Source: Bacteroidota bacterium (GTDB lineage Bacteria > Bacteroidota > Bacteroidia > Chitinophagales > Chitinophagaceae). From it: a DNA stretch of 64,000 nt. Made by a program: the position numbers and the translations under genes. The notes beneath the pieces are model-generated. The model made no database searches and was not told where the DNA came from. It saw only the letters and a program-made list of their open reading frames with translations. Below are positions 52,928 through 62,466 of this stretch, one piece after another; the first letter of the stretch is position 1, and the number at the start of each line of letters is the position of its first letter. The stretch spans positions 1-64,000 of the forward strand of contig JAEZAM010000039.1 of the NCBI GenBank assembly GCA_023430465.1, given 5' to 3'.

Positions 52928-53752
52928 GGGTAGTCTGGTTTATAAGGCGATATCGGTGAAGATCGCGTGTTTTCCCGTGATCAAATGTAGTTTTTTTGAG
53001 CGAGCCGAAGAAGATGTTAAATTATGTTAGAGCCAAAGCCTGTTCACATCCAGGGTCTTAGGCGTCAGCCCGGCGGCGGTGCGAACGCCTGTACGGGTGG
53101 ATACACTTAGCGGCCCTGCGTGATTCTACGATGCAGCCCGTAAAAACATGGTTTTAAAACAGGGCAGTTCTGCGCTTGTTCACATTGACTTGTGGATATA
53201 CTTTTGACTCAGGTTGATCGACGGGGATAAGCAACTATCCAATATCCAGAATCCAAAAACCGTCCAGAACAAGATTTCCTTTATCCAATCGAAGAACCCG
53301 CTACCTGCCGGTCAACCTATTTTCTTCTGACGACTGCCATCACCGAACCGGCCCATACCTCCACCAATGGGCAATTATTTCTACAAACTGTGTTGTTTTT
53401 TTCAATGAATCGGGTAATTACCGGGGAAGTTTCCTATGCATATCTCCGTATAATTACGTATTTTAGCCAGGGATTTTACCCATTTTTGAAAAGTAGGTTT
53501 ACTGCGTAAAATCCTTGAAATGCTTTACTGGCCTACGTTTCAGCCGGTTGAGAGGGGTTTTGAACGGTTTTTGGCCTGTAGAAAACCCCCGCGCCAAACG
53601 CAATATTTACATCCGAATCGATTCTTGAACTCAAAAACGTCACTGTTATGAACAAAGGCTTTAAATTAGGAAAGAGACAAGTCAATTGGGACTTAGAGGT
53701 ATTTATCGACGAATGGTGGAATAAATAAATACCTTTTCTTTAAATTGTTTGA

Positions 53753-54472
53753 TTGGTTTTCTATATTTGGACAAAATCCAAAATCATAGAAGACCTTTTT
53801 TCATATATCTCAGGGTACGCGGATTTTCTTCCAATAATCCTTTTTCTGATTTTCCTTCGAAGGTTAAAGCGCTTCTTTAGCTTATTTATCATCGTTTTTT
53901 ATTGTACAGTTTCAATAGTTGGCGACTTAATTATTCATTCTAACTTTTACGCCAATGACATATTGAAGTTCTATAATAGCTTTTACACTGGTTTCGAGTA
54001 CTGTTGCTTTACGGCATTCATATGGTCAGGTTTGACCAATAGAACGTTCAAAAACCTATTAGTTGTTTCCTCCTTTCTATTCCTTACCTTCTTGTGTATT
54101 TATTTCATATCATTCACCCACTCGAGGATTGATTCTGTTCCAATTGGCATTGAAACCTTGTTAATCCTGATTTTTTCATTTTATTTTCTATTTGAGCTCA
54201 CCAGTCTATCAAAAGGCACGTTCCTTCATCATAATTACAGGTTTTGGATAGTTATTGGCATCATGATTTACCTGTCTGGGTCTTTTTTTATCTATCTGTA
54301 TACAAATCAACTCTCCAAAGCGGAGGGTAAGCAATTTTGGATACTTGCTGACTTCTTTTATACTATCAAGAATGTATTTTTCGCGATTTCAATATATTTT
54401 GCAAGCCGCCCAAGTTCCAAAAGTCTTCATGCTCCACCAAACCTGTCAAAGTTGGATCTAGATATCCGTTAA
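53753..54472 (+). CDS. polytopic membrane protein, partner of HisKA_3 kinase (module 2)
   Basis: TTG start; about 240 aa, 6-7 TM; shares FSFYF-type motifs with 49431..50123; stop TAA at 54470-54472 is 3 nt before the kinase ATG. Confidence 0.5.
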   Translation: MVFYIWTKSKIIEDLFSYISGYADFLPIILFLIFLRRLKRFFSLFIIVFYCTVSIVGDLIIHSNFYANDILKFYNSFYTGFEYCCFTAFIWSGLTNRTFKNLLVVSSFLFLTFLCIYFISFTHSRIDSVPIGIETLLILIFSFYFLFELTSLSKGTFLHHNYRFWIVIGIMIYLSGSFFIYLYTNQLSKAEGKQFWILADFFYTIKNVFFAISIYFASRPSSKSLHAPPNLSKLDLDIR

Positions 54473-54475
54473 AAT

Positions 54476-55303
54476 ATGTTCTTCCTCCAAGCTTCCACCT
54501 CTTCCGGCGTCTCCACGGTCCTTTTTATCGGCACCATGGGTATGCTCGTGCTCACCGTGGGGCTGGTGCTCTTTATCATCTTTCACCAGCGCAAGGTATC
54601 CCGCTACCAGCGCACCCTGCAGAAAATGGAAGAAGAACAACAGAAGATCCTTCTCAAGGCCTCCATCAAGCTACAGGAAGAAGAACGCCAGCGCCTGGCC
54701 GCTGACCTGCATGATGATGCCGGCCCGCTCCTGGCCACCGCCCGCCTTTACCTGAACGAGAACCTGGTAAACCAGGACAAGGCCACCCAGCTCCAGTCCA
54801 TCTTCCAGGCCCGCCAGATCATTGATGATACCATCCAGCTTGTCCGCAACATCAGCCACAGCCTGATGCCGCCCACCCTCAAGAACTTCGGGCTGGAATC
54901 CGCCATCAATGACCTCTTTCAAAAGATATCCGGCTCCGGCTCCATGAACGCCAGCAGCCGCTTCCATGACTACAAGGACCGCCTCAAGGCCGAGAAAGAA
55001 CTCACCATCTTCCGGATCGTGCAGGAACTGGTAAACAATATCCTGAAACACTCCAGCTCAAGCTTCATCCACCTCACCCAGAACGTACACGGCGACAAAT
55101 TCTACCTCCGCATCCACCATGACGGCCGGGGAATTGTGCAGACAGATTTTGACAAACTGAATAAAAGCAACATTGGATTGGGGCTGAAGAACATCAGCAG
55201 CCGGCTTCGCGTGGTGCAGGGGAATATCTATTTCGAAAAAGATATCTCGCAGACCTATTACAAGGTGACCATCGAATTGCCCAAGGACGAACCCTACCAA
55301 TAG
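54476..55303 (+). CDS. HisKA_3-type sensor histidine kinase with single N-terminal TM (module 2)
   Basis: TM VLFIGTMGMLVLTVGLVLFIIF; H-box RLAADLHDDAGPLL; HATPase N-box NNILKHSSS and G-boxes HDGRGI, GLGLKNI. Confidence 0.75.
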   Translation: MFFLQASTSSGVSTVLFIGTMGMLVLTVGLVLFIIFHQRKVSRYQRTLQKMEEEQQKILLKASIKLQEEERQRLAADLHDDAGPLLATARLYLNENLVNQDKATQLQSIFQARQIIDDTIQLVRNISHSLMPPTLKNFGLESAINDLFQKISGSGSMNASSRFHDYKDRLKAEKELTIFRIVQELVNNILKHSSSSFIHLTQNVHGDKFYLRIHHDGRGIVQTDFDKLNKSNIGLGLKNISSRLRVVQGNIYFEKDISQTYYKVTIELPKDEPYQ

Positions 55304-55338
55304 TCCGCTTAATTTGCTAATTTTGATTTTTTCTGACT

Positions 55339-55989
55339 ATGGGCATCATTAAGGTAGCTATCGCCGACGACCATAAGATCTTCCGCAAAGGTGTGATCCT
55401 CTCGCTCCGTCCCTTTACCAATATCAAATTTGTACAGGAAGCCGAGCATGGTGATGAACTCCTCGCCGGGTTGGCAGAATCAGAACCCGATGTGGTACTG
55501 ATGGACCTGCGCATGCCCGGTAAAGACGGCATCGAGACCACCAAGATCATCAGCAAGCAATACCCCAACATCAAGGTACTCGTGCTCAGCATGTATGAAG
55601 ATGAGCGCTTTGTGTACCACCTCATGGAGAATGGCGCCAATGGCTATATGCTCAAGAATGCCGAGCCCCAGGAGATCCGCCGTGCCATCATGGAAGTGTC
55701 GGAAAAAGGCTATTACCTCAATAACTTCGTGAACCGCATCCTGCTCAAGAAATCCCATTCCCGGCAGAAAGTGGTGCCTTCCCTCAATAACGAAATTACC
55801 CTCTCCGATAAAGAACGCGATGTGCTTCGCTTTATCTGCATGGAGTTCACCGCCCAGGAGATCGCCCAGAAAATGGAGATCAGCCCCCGCACCGTAGAGG
55901 CCATCAAAGACCGCCTCATGGAGCGCTTCGGCAGCAAGAACACGGCAGGACTGGTGTTCTTTGCAGTGAAGAATAACCTGATCGATTAG
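55339..55989 (+). CDS. NarL/FixJ-family (LuxR-type) response regulator (module 2)
   Basis: IKVAIADDHKIFRKG receiver; Asp in VLMDLRMPGKDG; GerE HTH FTAQEIAQKMEISPRTVEAIKDRL. Confidence 0.8.
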   Translation: MGIIKVAIADDHKIFRKGVILSLRPFTNIKFVQEAEHGDELLAGLAESEPDVVLMDLRMPGKDGIETTKIISKQYPNIKVLVLSMYEDERFVYHLMENGANGYMLKNAEPQEIRRAIMEVSEKGYYLNNFVNRILLKKSHSRQKVVPSLNNEITLSDKERDVLRFICMEFTAQEIAQKMEISPRTVEAIKDRLMERFGSKNTAGLVFFAVKNNLID

Positions 55990-56018
55990 TCAACAGGCCT
56001 ATCTGGTTAGAACGCGCA

Positions 56019-56056
56019 ATAAAAAACCCCCAACGGTTTGGGGGTAGTTATTTTAT
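56019..56056. terminator. bidirectional rho-independent terminator
   Basis: A-run, stem cccccaa/ttggggg with a cggt loop (56027-56044), then a T-rich tail; between the convergent regulator and scpB. Confidence 0.6.
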
Positions 56057-56155
56057 ATGTTGAGTTTCGGGCCTTTATTTTCCTTGCGTCCTTTGCTCAC
56101 TTTGCGGCCGTTGCGCCAGCAACGGCTTGCGTGAAACCAAACCCGCTGATGAACT

Positions 56156-56851
56156 TTAACCTTCCTGTTCGTCCGTTTTTTCCACCAGCTCCCCGTCTTC
56201 CGTTACCGCCATCAGCGCTGCATCGTCCTCGCCCTCCGCATTGCCTTCTTCTTCTCCTTCCTGCGCTACTACATCCTTGATCACGGTAGGTTCTACCAGT
56301 TGTTCCGCCAGCACCTCCTTGATCTTTGGCAGATCATCCGCTGAGTTGATGCCAAAATAATCCATGAAGTTCTTTGACGTGGAGTATACCAATGGATGGC
56401 CGGGCAGTTTCTCATTGCGGCCGGTGATGATGATCAGTTCTTTTTCCAGCAGTTTCTGCACGGCATAATCCGAGCTCACCCCACGGATGGCTTCGATCTC
56501 GCCTTTGGTCACCGGCTGTTTGTAAGCCACGATCGCCAAAGTTTCCAGTGCGGCTGCGGACAGGCGCTTCAGGAATTTATCGCCATTGAGCTGGGCGATG
56601 GTCTTGTGGAAATCCCTTTTGGTCAGGAACTGCCAGCCGCCACCGCTCTGGCGCACTTCAAACGGGTAAAACTCTGAGTTGTATTTTTCCTTCACACCTT
56701 CGATCGCTGCCTCTACCTGGTCCAGGGAGATCTTGTCTTCCATAAAGCCAAAGGCATTGTTCACAAGTTCAGTAATATCGAGGGAGGTCAGCGGTTTATC
56801 GCTGGCGAAGATCAGTGCTTCAATGTGGGGTATCAGGTTTGTAATTTCCAT
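56156..56851 (-). CDS. scpB: segregation and condensation protein B
   Basis: N-terminal IEALIFASDKPLT and tandem winged-helix layout; acidic C-terminal tail. Confidence 0.8.
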   Translation of the reverse strand: MEITNLIPHIEALIFASDKPLTSLDITELVNNAFGFMEDKISLDQVEAAIEGVKEKYNSEFYPFEVRQSGGGWQFLTKRDFHKTIAQLNGDKFLKRLSAAALETLAIVAYKQPVTKGEIEAIRGVSSDYAVQKLLEKELIIITGRNEKLPGHPLVYSTSKNFMDYFGINSADDLPKIKEVLAEQLVEPTVIKDVVAQEGEEEGNAEGEDDAALMAVTEDGELVEKTDEQEG

Positions 56852-57030
56852 ATCGTCAATATCAGGATGAAGGCAGGAATATCCGTTTGCCTAAGGCAGC
56901 AAAGTAGTTATAATGGGAGAGGGGTGGAAATTCTATTATTCACAAAACAGCGAAGGGCATGTGGATAGTGGGTTTCACAAAGGAAAAACGCAAAACTCGG
57001 TTCGACAGGCTCAGCGCAAGCAACCTTAAG

Positions 57031-57066
57031 CTCAAGCTCAACCTCAACCTCAACCTCAACCTTGCA
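57031..57066. repeat. tandem hexamer repeat (CTCAAG)(CTCAAC)x4 abutting the atpG stop codon
   Basis: ctcaag ctcaac ctcaac ctcaac ctcaac cttgca; the atpG stop codon (57056-57058) lies inside the array. Confidence 0.6.
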
Positions 57067-57937
57067 ACGCAGCTGCACCACTCACGATCTCCGTCAGCTC
57101 GGTGGTGATGGCCGCCTGTCTTGCGCGGTTGTAAGATATCTTCAGGCTGCGCAGCATCTCATTGGCATTCTCGCTGGCCTTGTCCATCGCCGTCATCCGT
57201 GCTCCATGCTCGGAGGCATTGGAATCCAGTACGGCCTTGTACAGTTGTGTATTGAGGATCTTCGGCATCAGCTCCGCCACCAGTTCTTCCTGGCTGGGGT
57301 CAAAGATGAAATCTGCCTTGATATCGCCCGCTTTCTTCTCCACCTTGGGGATAGGGAGGAAGCGCTCTACTTCAAATTTTTGCGTAGCGGCATTCCGGAA
57401 CTGGCTGTACACGATCTCTACCACGTCAAATTCATTCTCCCTGTACGCCTTCATGGCCGCCTGGGATACTTTCTGTACGTTCTCGTAGGTAAGGTTCAGG
57501 AAGATGTCCTTATAAGTGGCGTCTGCCTTGTAATTGTTCTTCAGGAAATGTTCATAGCCTTTCTTGCCAATGTTCCAGATGGTCACATTGCCTTTGGTAT
57601 GCTGGAGATTGTATTTCTCCGCAATGGCCGACTTGGCCAGCTTGATGACGTTGGTATTGAATGCGCCGGCCAGCCCACGATCGCTGGTGATCACGATCAG
57701 CAATACTTTTTCCACCGGGCGCTCTGTTGCCAGCTCCATACCCACTTCCCCTTCGCTGTTGCTGACGATGTTGCTCAGCATTTCCTGTAATTTCTTTGCA
57801 TACGGGCGCATCTGCTGGATGGCGTCCTGGGCACGGCGCAGCTTGGCAGCACTCACCATTTTCATGGCTTTGGTGATCTGCTGGGTACTTTGAACAGACT
57901 TGATCCTGTTGCGGACTTCCTTTAACTGACCGGCCAT
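57056..57937 (-). CDS. atpG: F0F1 ATP synthase subunit gamma
   Basis: MAGQLKEVRNRIKSVQSTQQITKAMKMVSAAKLRRAQ N-terminal helix and conserved C-terminal helix ...ITTELTEIVSGAAAL. Confidence 0.9.
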   Translation of the reverse strand: MAGQLKEVRNRIKSVQSTQQITKAMKMVSAAKLRRAQDAIQQMRPYAKKLQEMLSNIVSNSEGEVGMELATERPVEKVLLIVITSDRGLAGAFNTNVIKLAKSAIAEKYNLQHTKGNVTIWNIGKKGYEHFLKNNYKADATYKDIFLNLTYENVQKVSQAAMKAYRENEFDVVEIVYSQFRNAATQKFEVERFLPIPKVEKKAGDIKADFIFDPSQEELVAELMPKILNTQLYKAVLDSNASEHGARMTAMDKASENANEMLRSLKISYNRARQAAITTELTEIVSGAAALQG

Positions 57938-58035
57938 AGTGTAGAAATTAAATAGAAAACGGGCTGAATTTCGTTCGTTTTTCCGGGCGCAAAGGTAGGA
58001 TGTAGCAGCGGAAATTCCATATCATGCTAAAAAAA

Positions 58036-58752
58036 TCAGGGCTGCTCTTTCAGCTCCAGCTCACGTTTGATGTTGTAGCTCAGGCTCAGCCGCCCACCTT
58101 CTTTGGGTGCTTCGCTCAATTGGATATCCCGGTCGTTGTAAAGCACCAGGTGGATGGGGCCCGGGCTGAGCCGGGCAATGGCCTGCCGGGGCAGCACGAT
58201 CCTGCCCTCTTTAGGGCGGAAAACGGTGTCGATCCCCTGGCTGTAGGAGGAAGTATCGGTCATCAGCACCTTAATATAGTCGGTACTGTCCACACCTGCC
58301 AGGCTGATGCCCAGTGAGTCGCGGCCGATGACCCCGGGGATATCAGCCGCCAGGCTGAATGCCGGGAACCGAAATGTCTGGCTGTATTTTTTCCCCTTGA
58401 TGTCCGTAAATACGATGGTGTGCTCGCCGGCAAAATCTGCCACCGGCCTCGTTACTTCATAATAGGCACCTTTGAGTGAAGAGCTGTCCACGGGGATCGG
58501 CTCCCCGTCCAGTGTCACATTGCTCGGTTCATCCAGCACCAGGGTAGTGCCTTCGGAGCCACCGAACCGGTATTGCAACTTCAGCGTTACATCGCCGCCT
58601 TCTTCATCGCCCCAGGCGGCATAATCAAAGTAGACTGTTTCGGGGTTCACATCCTTGCTGCCGCCGATCTCTTCATTCTTGCAGGACAACTGGAGAAATA
58701 CAACGAACAACGTGCAGATGCGGAGCGTGCGGGGGGAGAGGAGCGTGAACAT
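58036..58752 (-). CDS. hypothetical lipoprotein
   Basis: lipoprotein signal VVFLQLSCKNEE; 238 aa, beta-rich. Confidence 0.45.
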   Translation of the reverse strand: MFTLLSPRTLRICTLFVVFLQLSCKNEEIGGSKDVNPETVYFDYAAWGDEEGGDVTLKLQYRFGGSEGTTLVLDEPSNVTLDGEPIPVDSSSLKGAYYEVTRPVADFAGEHTIVFTDIKGKKYSQTFRFPAFSLAADIPGVIGRDSLGISLAGVDSTDYIKVLMTDTSSYSQGIDTVFRPKEGRIVLPRQAIARLSPGPIHLVLYNDRDIQLSEAPKEGGRLSLSYNIKRELELKEQP

Positions 58753-59062
58753 CGATGGGGATTCGGTTGGTTAAAGCACAAAAGTATTGCTCGCCGGCCT
58801 GATTGAGCATTATGTTTTGCCAAAAGGCGACAGCCACACAACAACGGGTATCGCTCCGGGTTATTGTCCTGTGGTTCCGGCAATTATAGCGGAAAATTCT
58901 GCGGGAATTGGCAGCGATCCATGGCTGCGGCACCAAAAAAACCGCCAACTAACTACTATCTTTGTCCTCCCCTGCCAAAATGACCTCGAATTGTATGTAG
59001 CATTTTTTTTGACAGGCAAATCGCAATCATTACTCAATTACAATACTCTATAACAAGAAATC

Positions 59063-62000
59063 ATGCTTGGTATTCTTTCCAAACTGTTCGGTGGTAATAA
59101 GTCGGATAAAGATGTAAAAAAGATCATGCCGGTGATCGAGAAGATCAACCAGCACTTTGCGGCTTATGCTTCGCTGAGCAATGACCAGCTTCGCCATAAA
59201 ACGCAGGAATTCCGGGAGCGCATCCGGGAAGCTCTCCGCGAGATCGATGATAACATTGCCAAAAAGAACGCAGAGGCCGAAGCACTGCCGTTCAATGACC
59301 TGGGCAGCAAGGATGCAATTTACCAGCAGGTTGATTTTCTCAAAAAAGACCGCGATAAAAAGATCGAATCAGCCCTTGAAGAGATCCTGCCTGAAGCATT
59401 TGCCGTAGTAAAAGAAACAGCCCGCCGCTTTAAGGAAAATACGGAGATCGTGTCAAAAGCGACTGACCTGGACCGCGAACTGTCTGCTGCCAATAAAAAA
59501 TACATTCGCCTCGATGGTGATAACGCCATTTACAGCAATACCTGGACCGCCGCCGGCGGCGAGGTGACCTGGAACATGGTGCACTATGATGTACAGTTGA
59601 TCGGTGGCGCCGTTCTTCATTCCGGTAAGATCGCTGAAATGGCTACGGGTGAGGGTAAAACGCTTGTTTCCACCCTGCCAGCATATCTGAACGCATTGCC
59701 CGGCGAAGGGGTACACATCGTAACGGTGAATGATTACCTCGCCCGTCGTGACCAGGAGTGGAACGGTACCATCTTCGAATGGCTCGGTCTCCGCGTGGAT
59801 TGCATCGATAAACACCAGCCAAACAGTGATGCGCGCCGCAAAGCCTACCTCGCCGATATCACTTATGGCACCAACAACGAATTTGGTTTTGACTATCTCC
59901 GCGATAACATGGTGCATTCACCCGAAGAAATGGTACAACGCAAACACCATTTTGCCATGGTGGATGAGGTTGACTCCGTCCTGATCGATGATGCGCGTAC
60001 ACCGCTGATCATTTCCGGCCCGGTGGCCCGTGGCGATGATCAGCAATATCATATTCATAAGCCACGTGTGCAGCAACTTGTGCAGGAGCAGGAACGCATC
60101 GTACGGAATGCCCTGAACGAGGCAAAGAAATTATTTGAAAAAGGGGAGGATGATCCTAAAACCGGGGGACTCCATCTTTATCGTGCATACCGCGGATTAC
60201 CGAAATATGGTCCGCTGATCAAGTTCCTCAGTGAGCCCGGCATCAAAGTGAAAATGCAGAAGGCGGAGAATCATTACCTGCAGGATCAGATGCGCAACAT
60301 GCACATCGTAGACAGCGAGTTGCTGTTTCACATCGATGAAAAGCAAAACTCCGTTGATCTCACTGAAAAAGGTCTGTCAGCCATCACGCGCTCCGGTGAA
60401 GATGAAGATTTCTTCGTACTGCCTGATATTGGCGTGAAGCTGGCTGAGGTGGAGAAAAGCGACCTCACCGCGGAAGAAAAATTACACAATAAAGAAGCGA
60501 TCCTGAGTGAATATTCGCAAAAGGCGGATCGCATCCATACCGTACAGCAATTGCTGAAGGCCTACTCCTTGTTTGAAAAAGATGATGAGTATGTGGTGAT
60601 TGATGGGGCCATCAAGATCGTGGATGAGCAGACCGGCCGTATCATGGAAGGTCGCCGGTACAGCGATGGCCTGCACCAGGCGCTGGAAGCAAAGGAAAAT
60701 GTGAAGATCGAAGCGGCCACGCAGACCTATGCCACCATCACGTTGCAAAACTATTTCCGGATGTACCACAAGCTTTGCGGTATGACCGGTACTGCGGAAA
60801 CAGAAGCGGCGGAGTTGTGGAGCATCTATAAGCTGGACGTGGTCAGCATCCCAACCAACCTCAAGATGGTGCGGGATGATAAGCAGGATCTCGTGTACAA
60901 GACCAAGCGGGAAAAATACAAGGCCGTCATCGATGAGGTGGAAATACTTCGCAATGCGGGCAGGCCCATACTTGTTGGTACTACCTCCGTGGAAATAAGT
61001 GAACTGCTGAGCCGGATGCTGCAGCAGAAAAAGATACCGCACAATGTACTTAACGCCAAGCAGCACGCTCGCGAAGCGGAAGTGGTGGCCAGTGCAGGTC
61101 TTGCCGGTGCGGTCACGATCGCTACGAACATGGCGGGTCGCGGTACGGACATCAAGCTCGGACCAGGTGTGAAGGATGCGGGTGGTCTGGCCATCATCGG
61201 TACAGAGCGCCATGAAAGCCGCCGTGTAGACCGCCAGCTTCGTGGTCGTGCGGGCCGCCAGGGTGATCCCGGAAGTTCCCAGTTCTATGTATCACTGGAA
61301 GATGACCTGATGCGTATGTTCGGCAGCGAACGTATCGCCTCCATGATGGATAAGCTGGGCTACAAAGAAGGTGATGTGATCCAGCACAGCATGATCAGCA
61401 ACAGTATCCAGCGTGCTCAGAAGAAAGTGGAAGAAAACAACTTTGGTATACGTAAACGACTGCTGGAATACGATGATGTGATGAACAAGCAACGGAATGT
61501 TGTTTATGGAAAACGCCAGCATGCCCTCTTCGGTGATCGCCTGGCGTTGGATATCGATAACGCATTCTCCGTAGTGGCGGAAGGACTGGTAAGCGGATTC
61601 CGTGAGCAGGAAGACTATGATGGATTCAAGATGGCCTGCATCGTGAACTTCGGTATCGAGACAGGTGTGGGCGAGGAAGAATTCCGTAAAGGCGATCTGA
61701 ATACCGTTGTAACAAAACTCTATAACGAAGCCACAGAAAATTATAACCGTCGCAAGGAAGATATGCGCAGGAATGCGGTACCTGTATTCCGCAATATCCG
61801 CCAGACACAGGGCAGCCACATCGAGAATGTGGTAGTGCCATTCACCGATGGCCGTAAAGGACTGAACGTAGTGGCTTCACTGGATAAAACCCTGGCAAAC
61901 GAGGGCGAAGAGCTTGTTGCCAATCTTGAGAAGACAATCACGCTGGTCGTGATTGATGATGCGTGGAAGGAGCATCTCCGCGCGATGGATGACCTGAAGC

Positions 62001-62386
62001 AAAGTGTGCAGACGGCTTACCTGGAACAGAAAGATCCGCTGGTAATTTATAAGGTAGAAGCATTCCAGCAGTTCAAGAACATGGATGCGGATGTGAACAA
62101 GGACATCGTATCATTCCTTTGCCATGCCAACATCCCTGTGCAGCAGCAGGCTGCCGCGCCTATCCGTGAAGCGAAGGTGGAGAAAACGGATTACAGCAAG
62201 ATGCGTGCGAACAAGGAAGAGATCGATGCTGCGGGTGATGACTACGCTGCCAATGAGCGCGACCGCTTTGAAGGGGATACTGCCATCAAGCAGGAGCCGA
62301 TCAAGGTGGGTCCCAAGATCGGGCGAAATGATCCATGCCCATGCGGAAGCGGGAAGAAGTATAAACAGTGCCACGGAAAGGAATAG
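59063..62386 (+). CDS. secA: preprotein translocase ATPase SecA
   Basis: 1107 aa; DEAD-like motor (MATGEGKTLV Walker A, DEVDSVLIDDARTPLIISG), C-terminal zinc finger CPCGSGKKYKQCHG. Confidence 0.95.
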   Translation: MLGILSKLFGGNKSDKDVKKIMPVIEKINQHFAAYASLSNDQLRHKTQEFRERIREALREIDDNIAKKNAEAEALPFNDLGSKDAIYQQVDFLKKDRDKKIESALEEILPEAFAVVKETARRFKENTEIVSKATDLDRELSAANKKYIRLDGDNAIYSNTWTAAGGEVTWNMVHYDVQLIGGAVLHSGKIAEMATGEGKTLVSTLPAYLNALPGEGVHIVTVNDYLARRDQEWNGTIFEWLGLRVDCIDKHQPNSDARRKAYLADITYGTNNEFGFDYLRDNMVHSPEEMVQRKHHFAMVDEVDSVLIDDARTPLIISGPVARGDDQQYHIHKPRVQQLVQEQERIVRNALNEAKKLFEKGEDDPKTGGLHLYRAYRGLPKYGPLIKFLSEPGIKVKMQKAENHYLQDQMRNMHIVDSELLFHIDEKQNSVDLTEKGLSAITRSGEDEDFFVLPDIGVKLAEVEKSDLTAEEKLHNKEAILSEYSQKADRIHTVQQLLKAYSLFEKDDEYVVIDGAIKIVDEQTGRIMEGRRYSDGLHQALEAKENVKIEAATQTYATITLQNYFRMYHKLCGMTGTAETEAAELWSIYKLDVVSIPTNLKMVRDDKQDLVYKTKREKYKAVIDEVEILRNAGRPILVGTTSVEISELLSRMLQQKKIPHNVLNAKQHAREAEVVASAGLAGAVTIATNMAGRGTDIKLGPGVKDAGGLAIIGTERHESRRVDRQLRGRAGRQGDPGSSQFYVSLEDDLMRMFGSERIASMMDKLGYKEGDVIQHSMISNSIQRAQKKVEENNFGIRKRLLEYDDVMNKQRNVVYGKRQHALFGDRLALDIDNAFSVVAEGLVSGFREQEDYDGFKMACIVNFGIETGVGEEEFRKGDLNTVVTKLYNEATENYNRRKEDMRRNAVPVFRNIRQTQGSHIENVVVPFTDGRKGLNVVASLDKTLANEGEELVANLEKTITLVVIDDAWKEHLRAMDDLKQSVQTAYLEQKDPLVIYKVEAFQQFKNMDADVNKDIVSFLCHANIPVQQQAAAPIREAKVEKTDYSKMRANKEEIDAAGDDYAANERDRFEGDTAIKQEPIKVGPKIGRNDPCPCGSGKKYKQCHGKE

Positions 62387-62466
62387 TTTTTTTATTTCAC
62401 GCAAAGGAGCAAAGACGCAAAATTTTTCTTTGCGTCTTTGCGTGAAACTCTTCTAACAATAGTCTC

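Noticed and set aside
60482-61213. 243-aa minus-strand ORF and neighbours 59453..59917, 61292..61819
   Set aside because: All antisense within secA.
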